From assembly GCA_019058365.1 (NCBI GenBank), contig JAHPZE010000005.1, positions 128,001-192,000 on the forward strand: 64,000 bases of DNA, read 5' to 3'. The position numbers and the translations under genes are program-made. The notes under the pieces are model-generated. The model was not told the DNA's origin. It searched no databases and saw only the letters and a program-made list of their open reading frames with translations. Shown here in pieces: positions 20,230 through 28,991 of the stretch; within the stretch, counting starts at the first letter, position 1, and each line of letters begins with the position of its first letter. Source of the stretch: Promethearchaeota archaeon. GTDB lineage: Archaea; Asgardarchaeota; Lokiarchaeia; Sigyniarchaeales; SOKP01.

Positions 20230-23200
20230 TTGATTATGATTTTTGTGTTATTTAATATGATTTTTCTTACACCTATAGTTTCAATTATAAATATAGATAA
20301 TAAAAATGTATTTACAGAACAAGATTATGTATCACCGTTTAATGAAGCTTATTTGAAATCTTCTGATATTGCTGGATCAGATCTTTATGCCGAAAAAATA
20401 AATGCATTTGTAGCGGGTAATAAATCAATAATAAAACAGTCACTTTTCACAAATGATACAAATATACTTTCAGAATTTGATTCAAATGATCCCGCATTTT
20501 ATAAATGCAATGTAATTATTAGTGCTTCAAATGGAATTAATCCAGAAATTTTTCCAACTATACTAACTGAGAGTGATATCTCTTCACAGTTTGCTGTTGG
20601 TTTCAATAATTTTGTAGGATTTCTCTATTATGATGAAGATTTGGATAAAGAGGATGCTTGTTTGAGAGCAGAAAGAGCGCTTGAGATAATTCGAAGAAAA
20701 TTTATGATTGATCTTATTATGATTAATGTAACAGCACCTAATTTCTTCCCATTTATTGGATCTTATCCCAATTGGAATTGTTTTTACGAGGAACTCACTA
20801 AAAATTTTCCTATGGATGGGTATTGGAAAGCATTGGATATTAATCGCTTAACTAACCAAGAATATCTAGAAAATTATCATGTTTCCTCAACATTCATGCT
20901 TCTAAATTCACTAGATTTTTTTGAAGGGGATTTTAATATTGGAACAGATCAAGTTAATTTTAATACTGAATCTTTAGATCTATCTTTCTTAGAAAGTTTG
21001 GAAATAGAAAATCTAGTTGAACAATTAGGTTCAGCTTTAGAAAATTTTGGAGACTTATTCAACGCTACAATTTCAGAAGATTCATTAGAACAATTCATTA
21101 ATATTTTTAGCTCATTTACCCTTAAAAATAACTCACATTATACAAGTATATCAATTCAATATGAAGGTTTAAATAAAGGTATCCAAAAGATTGGAAAAAA
21201 TCAATATAAGTTCAATTTATGGGACGCAATGGGTTATCAAGGAAGTCCATTAGCCCCTAGTAAAAAGATATATATTGCATTAACGGGAGCTTTAATGAGT
21301 GAAATTAAAATAAATATTTTATGTACAGATGTCATTGATATAACTCCAAAATATTTTGATTTTTATGAGTATCTTCTAGAACAAATAGGGTTACTTTTTT
21401 ATTATGCTGGTATTGAATTTGATGCACAAAGCCTTGAGAATTACTCCTTTGAACTATTATGGTTGAATAAAGAGGGAATTAAACAATCATATGTTAAACC
21501 TATAAATAGGGAAAATCCTTCAGACATTGTAAATATGCTGCAACAATTAGGTTTTCAAGGATTTTCCTATATTCCCACTGGTATTGTGAATCCAATAGAA
21601 AGTTTGATTATAACTTATAATATTTCTAATTCAGAACCAAATTTATTACTCAAAAAAGAATTAATTGGAGGAAATGCGTCATATGGTGCGTTTCGAGATT
21701 TTTCATATAATGTTTCTGCTGAAAATATCGGAAGTAAAACTGCGTGGGGTGTACCTACCCCAATTGCTTTAGAACTTGATTACTTCTTCCAAATAATAAG
21801 TCCATTTTTTTGGGAAAATCTTAAAAATGATATGTGGAATGTTATCAAAATTGAATATCCAAATCAATACGAATCTTTAGAGGATTTTTTCAATTTTGAT
21901 GAAGATCCTCGTATTTTTTACTTTGATTCATTTGGAGTAGGTACTTACGATAATTATTATCCTGATCTTCTTAATATAACAAATTTATGGCCTTATAATG
22001 AAGATGTAGGTGAGATTATTGATATAGTCTATAGCGAAAGCCCATTTTATTTTACATTGCCTCCTGATACTGTTAAAGAATTTACTATGAATGAAAATAG
22101 TATTTGGAATGATGATAATTGGAGGTTAGATCCCGGAGAGATAATATCATACCATATTGATAATTATTCGATTTCAAATTTAGATTCTTTTACTCCTTTT
22201 TATAGGAATAACTTTTCTATTGATACATCTCCAGAAACCCCAGAAATTATCTCAGGTACACAGATTGCGGGAACAATTCCAGAAATGGCTTTAACAGCCG
22301 ATAACTATAGTTGGATAATTGAATCAGATGAAAAATTTTTAGATCAAAAAATTGAGATTGATTTTATTTTTAAAAATAATACAATTATTGATTTTGTTAA
22401 TAACACTTTAGAAAATGTTTCTATAATAATAGATTTTAATGTGTCTGAAAATATTGGTTCTATTAATTTTGAAATTTTTAATTTTGATACTGAGGAGTTT
22501 CAAGATTTGAGTCCATATTTAGATTCAATTATAAATAATACTCGGACTTTTTCAATTGTTAGCTTTAACGAAAGTCTTGATTGGCTTTTTTATCCATTAG
22601 ATAATAAAAATTATACAGCTGTAATTAAAATCATCTGCACTGATCCAGAACCGTTTAACATTTCAATCAATAATCTGGATATTGAATTTTCCACAAGAGA
22701 CATTAATTTTAATGAAGATTCAGGAGCTAGAGTTATATATAGCTCTTCAACGGGATATGTCCAATATGAAAGACAATCTAATTCAATTCCTCTTAGTACA
22801 TATAACGCAGCTTCAATAATAGCTTCATCATATCTAACCAAATACAATGCAAAGCCAGGAGAATTAAATACATATACTCTTACTTTTAAGAATATTGGTT
22901 CTGCTATTGCTAAAAATGTAAGTATTTCTTTGCTAACTCCAGGTATAATGGAAAATTTGAATAATTTTACACTTAAAAATAGTAATTTAACTTATTATCT
23001 TTCAAAACTAGCACCTTCTGAAGAAAAAACCGTATATTTTACGTTCTATGTGCCTAATTCGATTTCTATTAGTGAAGTATCCATTTTTTATAATAATCCA
23101 ATGAATATTGAAGGGGAAAATTCTTCCAGAATTGAAAGTTTATCTAATGAGGTTTACATTTCTGCTCCAGTTAACTATGAAGATTTATTTCCCTTTGTCA

Positions 23201-24147
23201 GAGCTATTGAAATATATTATGGAGATAATGATATTGCTCCTGTTGTAGGGGATATATTTAATCTTACTGTAAATATTAAAAATGCAGGACCAATTGGATT
23301 TAATATATCAGATCTTAAAATAATCATGAATGATCAATTTGGTGATTTAAAAAAAATAGAGAATAACACAATAGATTTAATAAATATTGCCTATAATGAA
23401 ACCTCTTCTTTTACTATTACTTTAAAAAAGAGTGGGTGGAGAGGATATTATTATCCTCCTATTAACTTCATTGAAAGTTCAGAAGGTAGGACACTACAGA
23501 TTTATAGTTCTTTATCCAAGATATTAGGAAAAATCAGTTTTTCAATTGTTAAAAATGTAAGTAAAGATCAAATTGAGATTGGAGAAATCATAACTGTGAA
23601 TATCGAAGTGCGAAATACAGGGACTATTAGCATTGAGAATATAATTATTAATGATATGATTAGTTATTCACAGTCAGATTTCTCATTATCAGAAGGAAAA
23701 TTAGTTAATCTAATTATTTCATTGGATCCAGGTGAGAAAGTTACTATTAATTATTCTCTAAAGGCAAAAAGGCAAGCTCTTGTCAGTTTAAACCCAGCAT
23801 TTATAAAATATTATTACCTACATGAACTTGAAGACACTTCTAATAAAATCTTAGTTAAGATTATTACTCCTAAATTTAGACAATATTCATATATTACTTT
23901 ACCAATTTTAATTGTTTTCTTAATTTTGATGCTATATATCTGGCAAATTAAAAAATATAAAAAGAAAAGAATCGAATTTCAGAGATCTGAGAGTTCTATT
24001 TTTGAACTCAGCTCAAGAGAAACAATCCTCAAAAAAGAATATACTTTAAGACAAAGATTACATATTTTATCCGACAAATCTAAAGAAAAAACATTTGATA
24101 TTAAAGTAAATGAACCTATTGACAAATCACTATATAAAAATGAATAA
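20230..24147 (+). CDS. Large secreted, C-terminally anchored surface protein with DUF11/CARDB-like Ig modules
   Basis: N-terminal hydrophobic signal. Repeated YTLTFKNIG, LTVNIKNAG and VNIEVRNTG...LDPGEKVTINY motifs, then a C-terminal TM followed by KKYKKKR. Confidence 0.75.
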   Translation: MIMIFVLFNMIFLTPIVSIINIDNKNVFTEQDYVSPFNEAYLKSSDIAGSDLYAEKINAFVAGNKSIIKQSLFTNDTNILSEFDSNDPAFYKCNVIISASNGINPEIFPTILTESDISSQFAVGFNNFVGFLYYDEDLDKEDACLRAERALEIIRRKFMIDLIMINVTAPNFFPFIGSYPNWNCFYEELTKNFPMDGYWKALDINRLTNQEYLENYHVSSTFMLLNSLDFFEGDFNIGTDQVNFNTESLDLSFLESLEIENLVEQLGSALENFGDLFNATISEDSLEQFINIFSSFTLKNNSHYTSISIQYEGLNKGIQKIGKNQYKFNLWDAMGYQGSPLAPSKKIYIALTGALMSEIKINILCTDVIDITPKYFDFYEYLLEQIGLLFYYAGIEFDAQSLENYSFELLWLNKEGIKQSYVKPINRENPSDIVNMLQQLGFQGFSYIPTGIVNPIESLIITYNISNSEPNLLLKKELIGGNASYGAFRDFSYNVSAENIGSKTAWGVPTPIALELDYFFQIISPFFWENLKNDMWNVIKIEYPNQYESLEDFFNFDEDPRIFYFDSFGVGTYDNYYPDLLNITNLWPYNEDVGEIIDIVYSESPFYFTLPPDTVKEFTMNENSIWNDDNWRLDPGEIISYHIDNYSISNLDSFTPFYRNNFSIDTSPETPEIISGTQIAGTIPEMALTADNYSWIIESDEKFLDQKIEIDFIFKNNTIIDFVNNTLENVSIIIDFNVSENIGSINFEIFNFDTEEFQDLSPYLDSIINNTRTFSIVSFNESLDWLFYPLDNKNYTAVIKIICTDPEPFNISINNLDIEFSTRDINFNEDSGARVIYSSSTGYVQYERQSNSIPLSTYNAASIIASSYLTKYNAKPGELNTYTLTFKNIGSAIAKNVSISLLTPGIMENLNNFTLKNSNLTYYLSKLAPSEEKTVYFTFYVPNSISISEVSIFYNNPMNIEGENSSRIESLSNEVYISAPVNYEDLFPFVRAIEIYYGDNDIAPVVGDIFNLTVNIKNAGPIGFNISDLKIIMNDQFGDLKKIENNTIDLINIAYNETSSFTITLKKSGWRGYYYPPINFIESSEGRTLQIYSSLSKILGKISFSIVKNVSKDQIEIGEIITVNIEVRNTGTISIENIIINDMISYSQSDFSLSEGKLVNLIISLDPGEKVTINYSLKAKRQALVSLNPAFIKYYYLHELEDTSNKILVKIITPKFRQYSYITLPILIVFLILMLYIWQIKKYKKKRIEFQRSESSIFELSSRETILKKEYTLRQRLHILSDKSKEKTFDIKVNEPIDKSLYKNE

Positions 24148-24159
24148 TAGGGATATAAA

Positions 24160-27100
24160 ATGAGAAGAAAACAAACATATTGCATTCTAATATTGTTAAT
24201 TCTTTCAATGTCAATATCTGGTTTATTTTTTAATGAAATAAATTCAAAAGAGAGCTCAATCGATTTATCAGAAAATTTGAATGATGAATCTAATCCAATA
24301 GTCTCAAATAATTATCAAAAGAATATTATTGTTTTTTTCAATTCACCATCTTATAGTGATACAGTAAAGGATCGTTTTGAGTTCTATGGTGGTACAATAA
24401 AAAAAGAATGGAATAATCAATTCGACTCGATTTCAGGATTTGCTGGTTATATGCCTCTTGAAATAAATCTAATTGGGTTTCAAAATGAGTTTCCTGAAGC
24501 TAAAATAGAAAATGATGAGATTTTGGAGGCTCAAATGAATTATGCATCTGTTCAATCAGGAGCTATTAATACTACATGGTATTTGAATGGCTTAAAAGGT
24601 AATACTAATTCTTCCATAGCAGTGTTGGATACTGGAATTAACCCTAATCATGATTTCTTGAGAGGTGTTATTGTTGGTTGGGAAAATTTTGTTGACATAC
24701 AACCGATATCAGATGATAATGGCCATGGAACTTTTATCTCATCTGTTATTGCTGGGACTGGTAAGGATAAGTATGATTCAAATTATCCTTCAACAATCAA
24801 AATTAAGGGGAATTATTCTCACATAGAATTATTTGATGAATATTCAGTTTCAAAAAATTATACTCTAAAAATAATTTCATTTAATGCATCAAAAGTAGGT
24901 TCAAATATTATAATTAATTCATCATGGAATTTGGAAGATGGTGGAATAGATAACTTCTGGGTTGAATTATATTATGATAATACGCTTGTTAATTATTCTC
25001 ATAATGAAATTCAAGATACCAATTATACAATAAACCATCCACTTACATTAGATAATATAGGTGTTTATGATATATATATAAAATACCATAAATTGCTTCA
25101 AGCTAAGCCAATTTTCTCATTTAATTCAAAAATTTCTTATTTTCCTGAAGTATATACCGAAAATAGAAATCATTTTACAGGTATCGCAAATGCTACTAAA
25201 ATTGTCGCTTATAAAATTTTAAATCAATCTGGAATGGGATGCACTTCTGATTTAATATCCGCATTCGCAAGTGTTATACAAAACAGAAGTAAATATCATA
25301 TAGTAAGTGTTTGTTTAAGTGTTGGCACTTTAGGAGAAGATATAGAAGCAGTAAATTCTGTAATAAATGAAGTAATAGAGAAGGGTATCTTAGTGGTAAT
25401 TGCAGCTGGAAATACAGGCATAGAAATCTCAGATTCACTGAATAAATTAGCTGAAAACAAAAACGCTATTGTTGTTGGTGCTACAAATGATAAAGATCAA
25501 GTTACCTCTTACAGTAGTATGGGAAAAGAAATCGATAGTATCATTAAACCTGATATTGTTGCTCCTGGTGGTAGCAAGATACCTAATCATCGTTCAGTAA
25601 TTGCTGCTGATAAAGAAATAGATAAAGCTACATCTTCTTATGGAACTTCAATTGCTACAGCTATAGTCTCTGCTTCGATTAATCTTTTGATAGAAGCAAG
25701 ATGGGATACATGGAATCAATGGAATAATCTAAATTTAACAGAATGGGTTAAATACATAAAGGCATTTCTCTTAATGACTGCTTCAGAAACTAACCTTGAA
25801 AGAGAGGACGACCCGGCTACCACGATTGATGAAAGTTCCTACTCTCCATCTTTATCTCTTGCTCCTTTGACAAGTGGTTTAAAAGATATTCATGAAGGTT
25901 ATGGTAGATTAAACATTCAAGCTGCCATTGATGCTCTAACAAAAATTATTAAGGTAAATAATTCAATTAATGGAAATTTATTAAGTTCACAAGAAGATCC
26001 TTTAGGAACACATGTGTTTGCTCGACAAGTTGAGCTGATTGAGGATGTCCAATATAATTTTAGTTTATCAACAGCAGATTCACATGCTAATTTTAATATG
26101 TTTCTGTTTTCAAATGAATCAAATCAGTATGGAGAACCGATTTTATTAGGGTCTTCGAGAAAATGGTATAGTAATTTTGATAACTTCTATTTTATTCCAA
26201 AGAATAATCAAACCAATTGCGTAATCGTTGTTAAAGCAATTGAGGGAAACAGTGATTTTACCTTGAATATATCTATTGTAGAAAATTATTTTACACCAGA
26301 ATTGAAAATACCCGAAATAAATTATTTGGGAGGTTCTAAAAATACAACTGTAATGAGTCTCCAAGAATTAATGGGAAATGAACCTAAAAAGAACTATAGT
26401 ATTGATAGCTATAGGTTTTATATTGAATATTATGATAATGATACTTCCAATGTTCCTCCACAAGAAGTTTATGTCTCCATTATAGAAACTTCTGAAAACT
26501 ATACTTTAACTCAATACTACCCTACTGATAACAATTATACTGATGGAGCCTTATTTGTAAGTGATTATGTTCAATTTTCTAAACCAAGAATATATCAATA
26601 TTTTTTCGTTGCTAGCGATGGTAAATTTAAAACGCTCTATCCAGAAACAGGTTGCCTTAACATAACAATTGAGTTTCCTACGGATAGTATCCAATTCCCG
26701 CATCAATATAGTTTTAATGAAGGAATTGGTAATTGGAGCTATACAGGTACTGGATGGGAATTACTTAACCAAAGCAATGATATTGATAATAGATCTAGGA
26801 TATATGAGAATTCATGGAATTCTTTATATTTTGGAATATACCATAATTATCCAAGGAACTATACATATCAACCCATTAACCTGATTGAAGATCCCTTCCC
26901 AAATGGTTCTTTAATAAGCCCTTTATTTAACTTAACAAATATTAATGAGAACACTACAAATCCGTATGCTAAATTTGGATTAAGAACAAGTATAAATGCT
27001 GGAGACTTTATTTATTTACAGATCAATCTAAATTGGACTGGTTGGATAACTTTAAAAACATATACTAACGTAGAGGATGAATGGTTTTTGGAAGAAATAA

Positions 27101-28959
27101 ATTTAACTCAATATATTGGAAATTTTATTCAATTTAGGTTCGAATCTAATCTGGATGATACGTCTGATTCAAGAAATTATAAAGGATTTATTATAGATTA
27201 TTTTGCTATTGAAAATTATACTAATAGAAATTCACCATCAATATTTTTCAATCCATATACGGATATTTCCTCAACTCAAGATTCAAAATATCAGAAGTAT
27301 ACATTTTCATGTGAATATTTTGATTTGGATAATAATTATCCCGATTTTATATATTTAGAGATGAGTGATACAAATTACACTATGTATAATATTTTTGGTG
27401 ATTGGAATGCTAGCTCTAATATTTTGGGAGATTATGGTATATATTTTATAAAATCCTTAACATTGGAAGATATCTCAAATCAATCATTTAGGTTCCATGT
27501 TTCAGATGGATTTAATATAATTACGACTTCATGGTATAATAAAAATAATTCTCTTTTTGAATTCATTAATCCAAATCCTTTACAATTTAAGGTCTTAATG
27601 GATAACAAGTACATAGGATACAGTTTTTCAAATATAGATCTATCTGATTACTATGTGTCTGGTACTCCACCTCCAAAAGAAACAACGGCATGGTTTAGAG
27701 GAGATAATAGTTGGCATCCAATAATTCGATATGGAAATCCTCTGCTTTATGGAGGGATTGGCCAGAGTTTTGGGGGTTCTGAGCAAGGATATGGCTCTAA
27801 TTGGGATATAAATTTAATTACTCATCCACTCCATTTGGAGAGTGAATATAAGGTTTACTTAGAATTTGATTATGAAATTTCATTACAGAATGAATATTAT
27901 CAACCTGAAGATCAACTAGATAAATGTAATATATCATTATCAAAAGATTTTGGTAAAACTTGGATCGTGTTAAAAGAATTTACATATGATAGTGAAGACC
28001 TTATTGGTAGTAGTAAAATTGATATTTCCCAATATTCTGATGAAGATATAATGATAATGTTCACATTACATTCAAATGATAATGTAATTGGCTTAGGTTA
28101 TGGATGGTTATTATCAAATATCTATATAGGGTACGATAAATCAACAGATTTTATAGCTCCAGAAATTAAAATTATAAATCCAAAATCTGATAGTACAATT
28201 AAATCATTAATTATAATAGAAGCAAATATTTCTGATAATGTTAGGTTAGATGAATCAAGAATTTATATATATCTTAATGGTAAGAGTATTGACAGAAATA
28301 AACTCACATTTAATAGTACTACTCATAATTTAAAGTTTAATTGGGACACCAAGAAATATAATGATGGAACATATGAAATTAAAGTAGTAGCTTATGATGT
28401 AGAAGGGAATATTGGAGAAGAAATCATAGTAGTTAAAGTCAATAATATGAAGTGGTGGAGTACATGGAGTCCATACATTATCATAATTGCGTCTGTTATT
28501 GTTATTGGAATTATCATTTATATTATCTCAGAAAAAAAGGGTAAACTTTGGATTGGTAGAATAAAAGACAGTCGTGCTGAAAAAATAAGAATAAAAGATA
28601 TTGATAAAGATCAAGTAATAGAACGGATAGAATTAATTGAACATGAAGTAGAACTAGCAAGACCTTTAACATTGTACTGTAAATCATGTAAATCTTGGTT
28701 CTTTTCATCGAAATTTGATATAATATGCCCAGTTTGTGAACATGATCAAATTTACGCAGCATATTTATGTGAGAACTGCAAAAAATGGTATTTCAAGGAT
28801 GAACCCAGCGAAAATTATTATTGCAAAAATAAAACATGTGAAGGTGTGAGGTTAATTAGGCGGAAAAAAGAAGAAATTCAAGAACTTTTAGCTAAAGAGG
28901 GAAAAGTCCTTAAAAAGTTTAAGAGTAAGGAGAAAAAATTTAGTATTTTAGATGTTTAA
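24160..28959 (+). CDS. Membrane-anchored S8 subtilase with adhesin-like domains and a cytoplasmic double zinc ribbon
   Basis: Signal peptide, prodomain, VLDTGI (Asp), HGTFISS (His), AAGN (oxyanion), KPDIVAPG and GTSIAT (Ser). A TM helix is followed by CKSC/CPVC/CENC/CKNKTC. Confidence 0.9.
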   Translation: MRRKQTYCILILLILSMSISGLFFNEINSKESSIDLSENLNDESNPIVSNNYQKNIIVFFNSPSYSDTVKDRFEFYGGTIKKEWNNQFDSISGFAGYMPLEINLIGFQNEFPEAKIENDEILEAQMNYASVQSGAINTTWYLNGLKGNTNSSIAVLDTGINPNHDFLRGVIVGWENFVDIQPISDDNGHGTFISSVIAGTGKDKYDSNYPSTIKIKGNYSHIELFDEYSVSKNYTLKIISFNASKVGSNIIINSSWNLEDGGIDNFWVELYYDNTLVNYSHNEIQDTNYTINHPLTLDNIGVYDIYIKYHKLLQAKPIFSFNSKISYFPEVYTENRNHFTGIANATKIVAYKILNQSGMGCTSDLISAFASVIQNRSKYHIVSVCLSVGTLGEDIEAVNSVINEVIEKGILVVIAAGNTGIEISDSLNKLAENKNAIVVGATNDKDQVTSYSSMGKEIDSIIKPDIVAPGGSKIPNHRSVIAADKEIDKATSSYGTSIATAIVSASINLLIEARWDTWNQWNNLNLTEWVKYIKAFLLMTASETNLEREDDPATTIDESSYSPSLSLAPLTSGLKDIHEGYGRLNIQAAIDALTKIIKVNNSINGNLLSSQEDPLGTHVFARQVELIEDVQYNFSLSTADSHANFNMFLFSNESNQYGEPILLGSSRKWYSNFDNFYFIPKNNQTNCVIVVKAIEGNSDFTLNISIVENYFTPELKIPEINYLGGSKNTTVMSLQELMGNEPKKNYSIDSYRFYIEYYDNDTSNVPPQEVYVSIIETSENYTLTQYYPTDNNYTDGALFVSDYVQFSKPRIYQYFFVASDGKFKTLYPETGCLNITIEFPTDSIQFPHQYSFNEGIGNWSYTGTGWELLNQSNDIDNRSRIYENSWNSLYFGIYHNYPRNYTYQPINLIEDPFPNGSLISPLFNLTNINENTTNPYAKFGLRTSINAGDFIYLQINLNWTGWITLKTYTNVEDEWFLEEINLTQYIGNFIQFRFESNLDDTSDSRNYKGFIIDYFAIENYTNRNSPSIFFNPYTDISSTQDSKYQKYTFSCEYFDLDNNYPDFIYLEMSDTNYTMYNIFGDWNASSNILGDYGIYFIKSLTLEDISNQSFRFHVSDGFNIITTSWYNKNNSLFEFINPNPLQFKVLMDNKYIGYSFSNIDLSDYYVSGTPPPKETTAWFRGDNSWHPIIRYGNPLLYGGIGQSFGGSEQGYGSNWDINLITHPLHLESEYKVYLEFDYEISLQNEYYQPEDQLDKCNISLSKDFGKTWIVLKEFTYDSEDLIGSSKIDISQYSDEDIMIMFTLHSNDNVIGLGYGWLLSNIYIGYDKSTDFIAPEIKIINPKSDSTIKSLIIIEANISDNVRLDESRIYIYLNGKSIDRNKLTFNSTTHNLKFNWDTKKYNDGTYEIKVVAYDVEGNIGEEIIVVKVNNMKWWSTWSPYIIIIASVIVIGIIIYIISEKKGKLWIGRIKDSRAEKIRIKDIDKDQVIERIELIEHEVELARPLTLYCKSCKSWFFSSKFDIICPVCEHDQIYAAYLCENCKKWYFKDEPSENYYCKNKTCEGVRLIRRKKEEIQELLAKEGKVLKKFKSKEKKFSILDV

Positions 28960-28991
28960 AATAAAAATTAAAAATTCATAATAAAAAAGGC

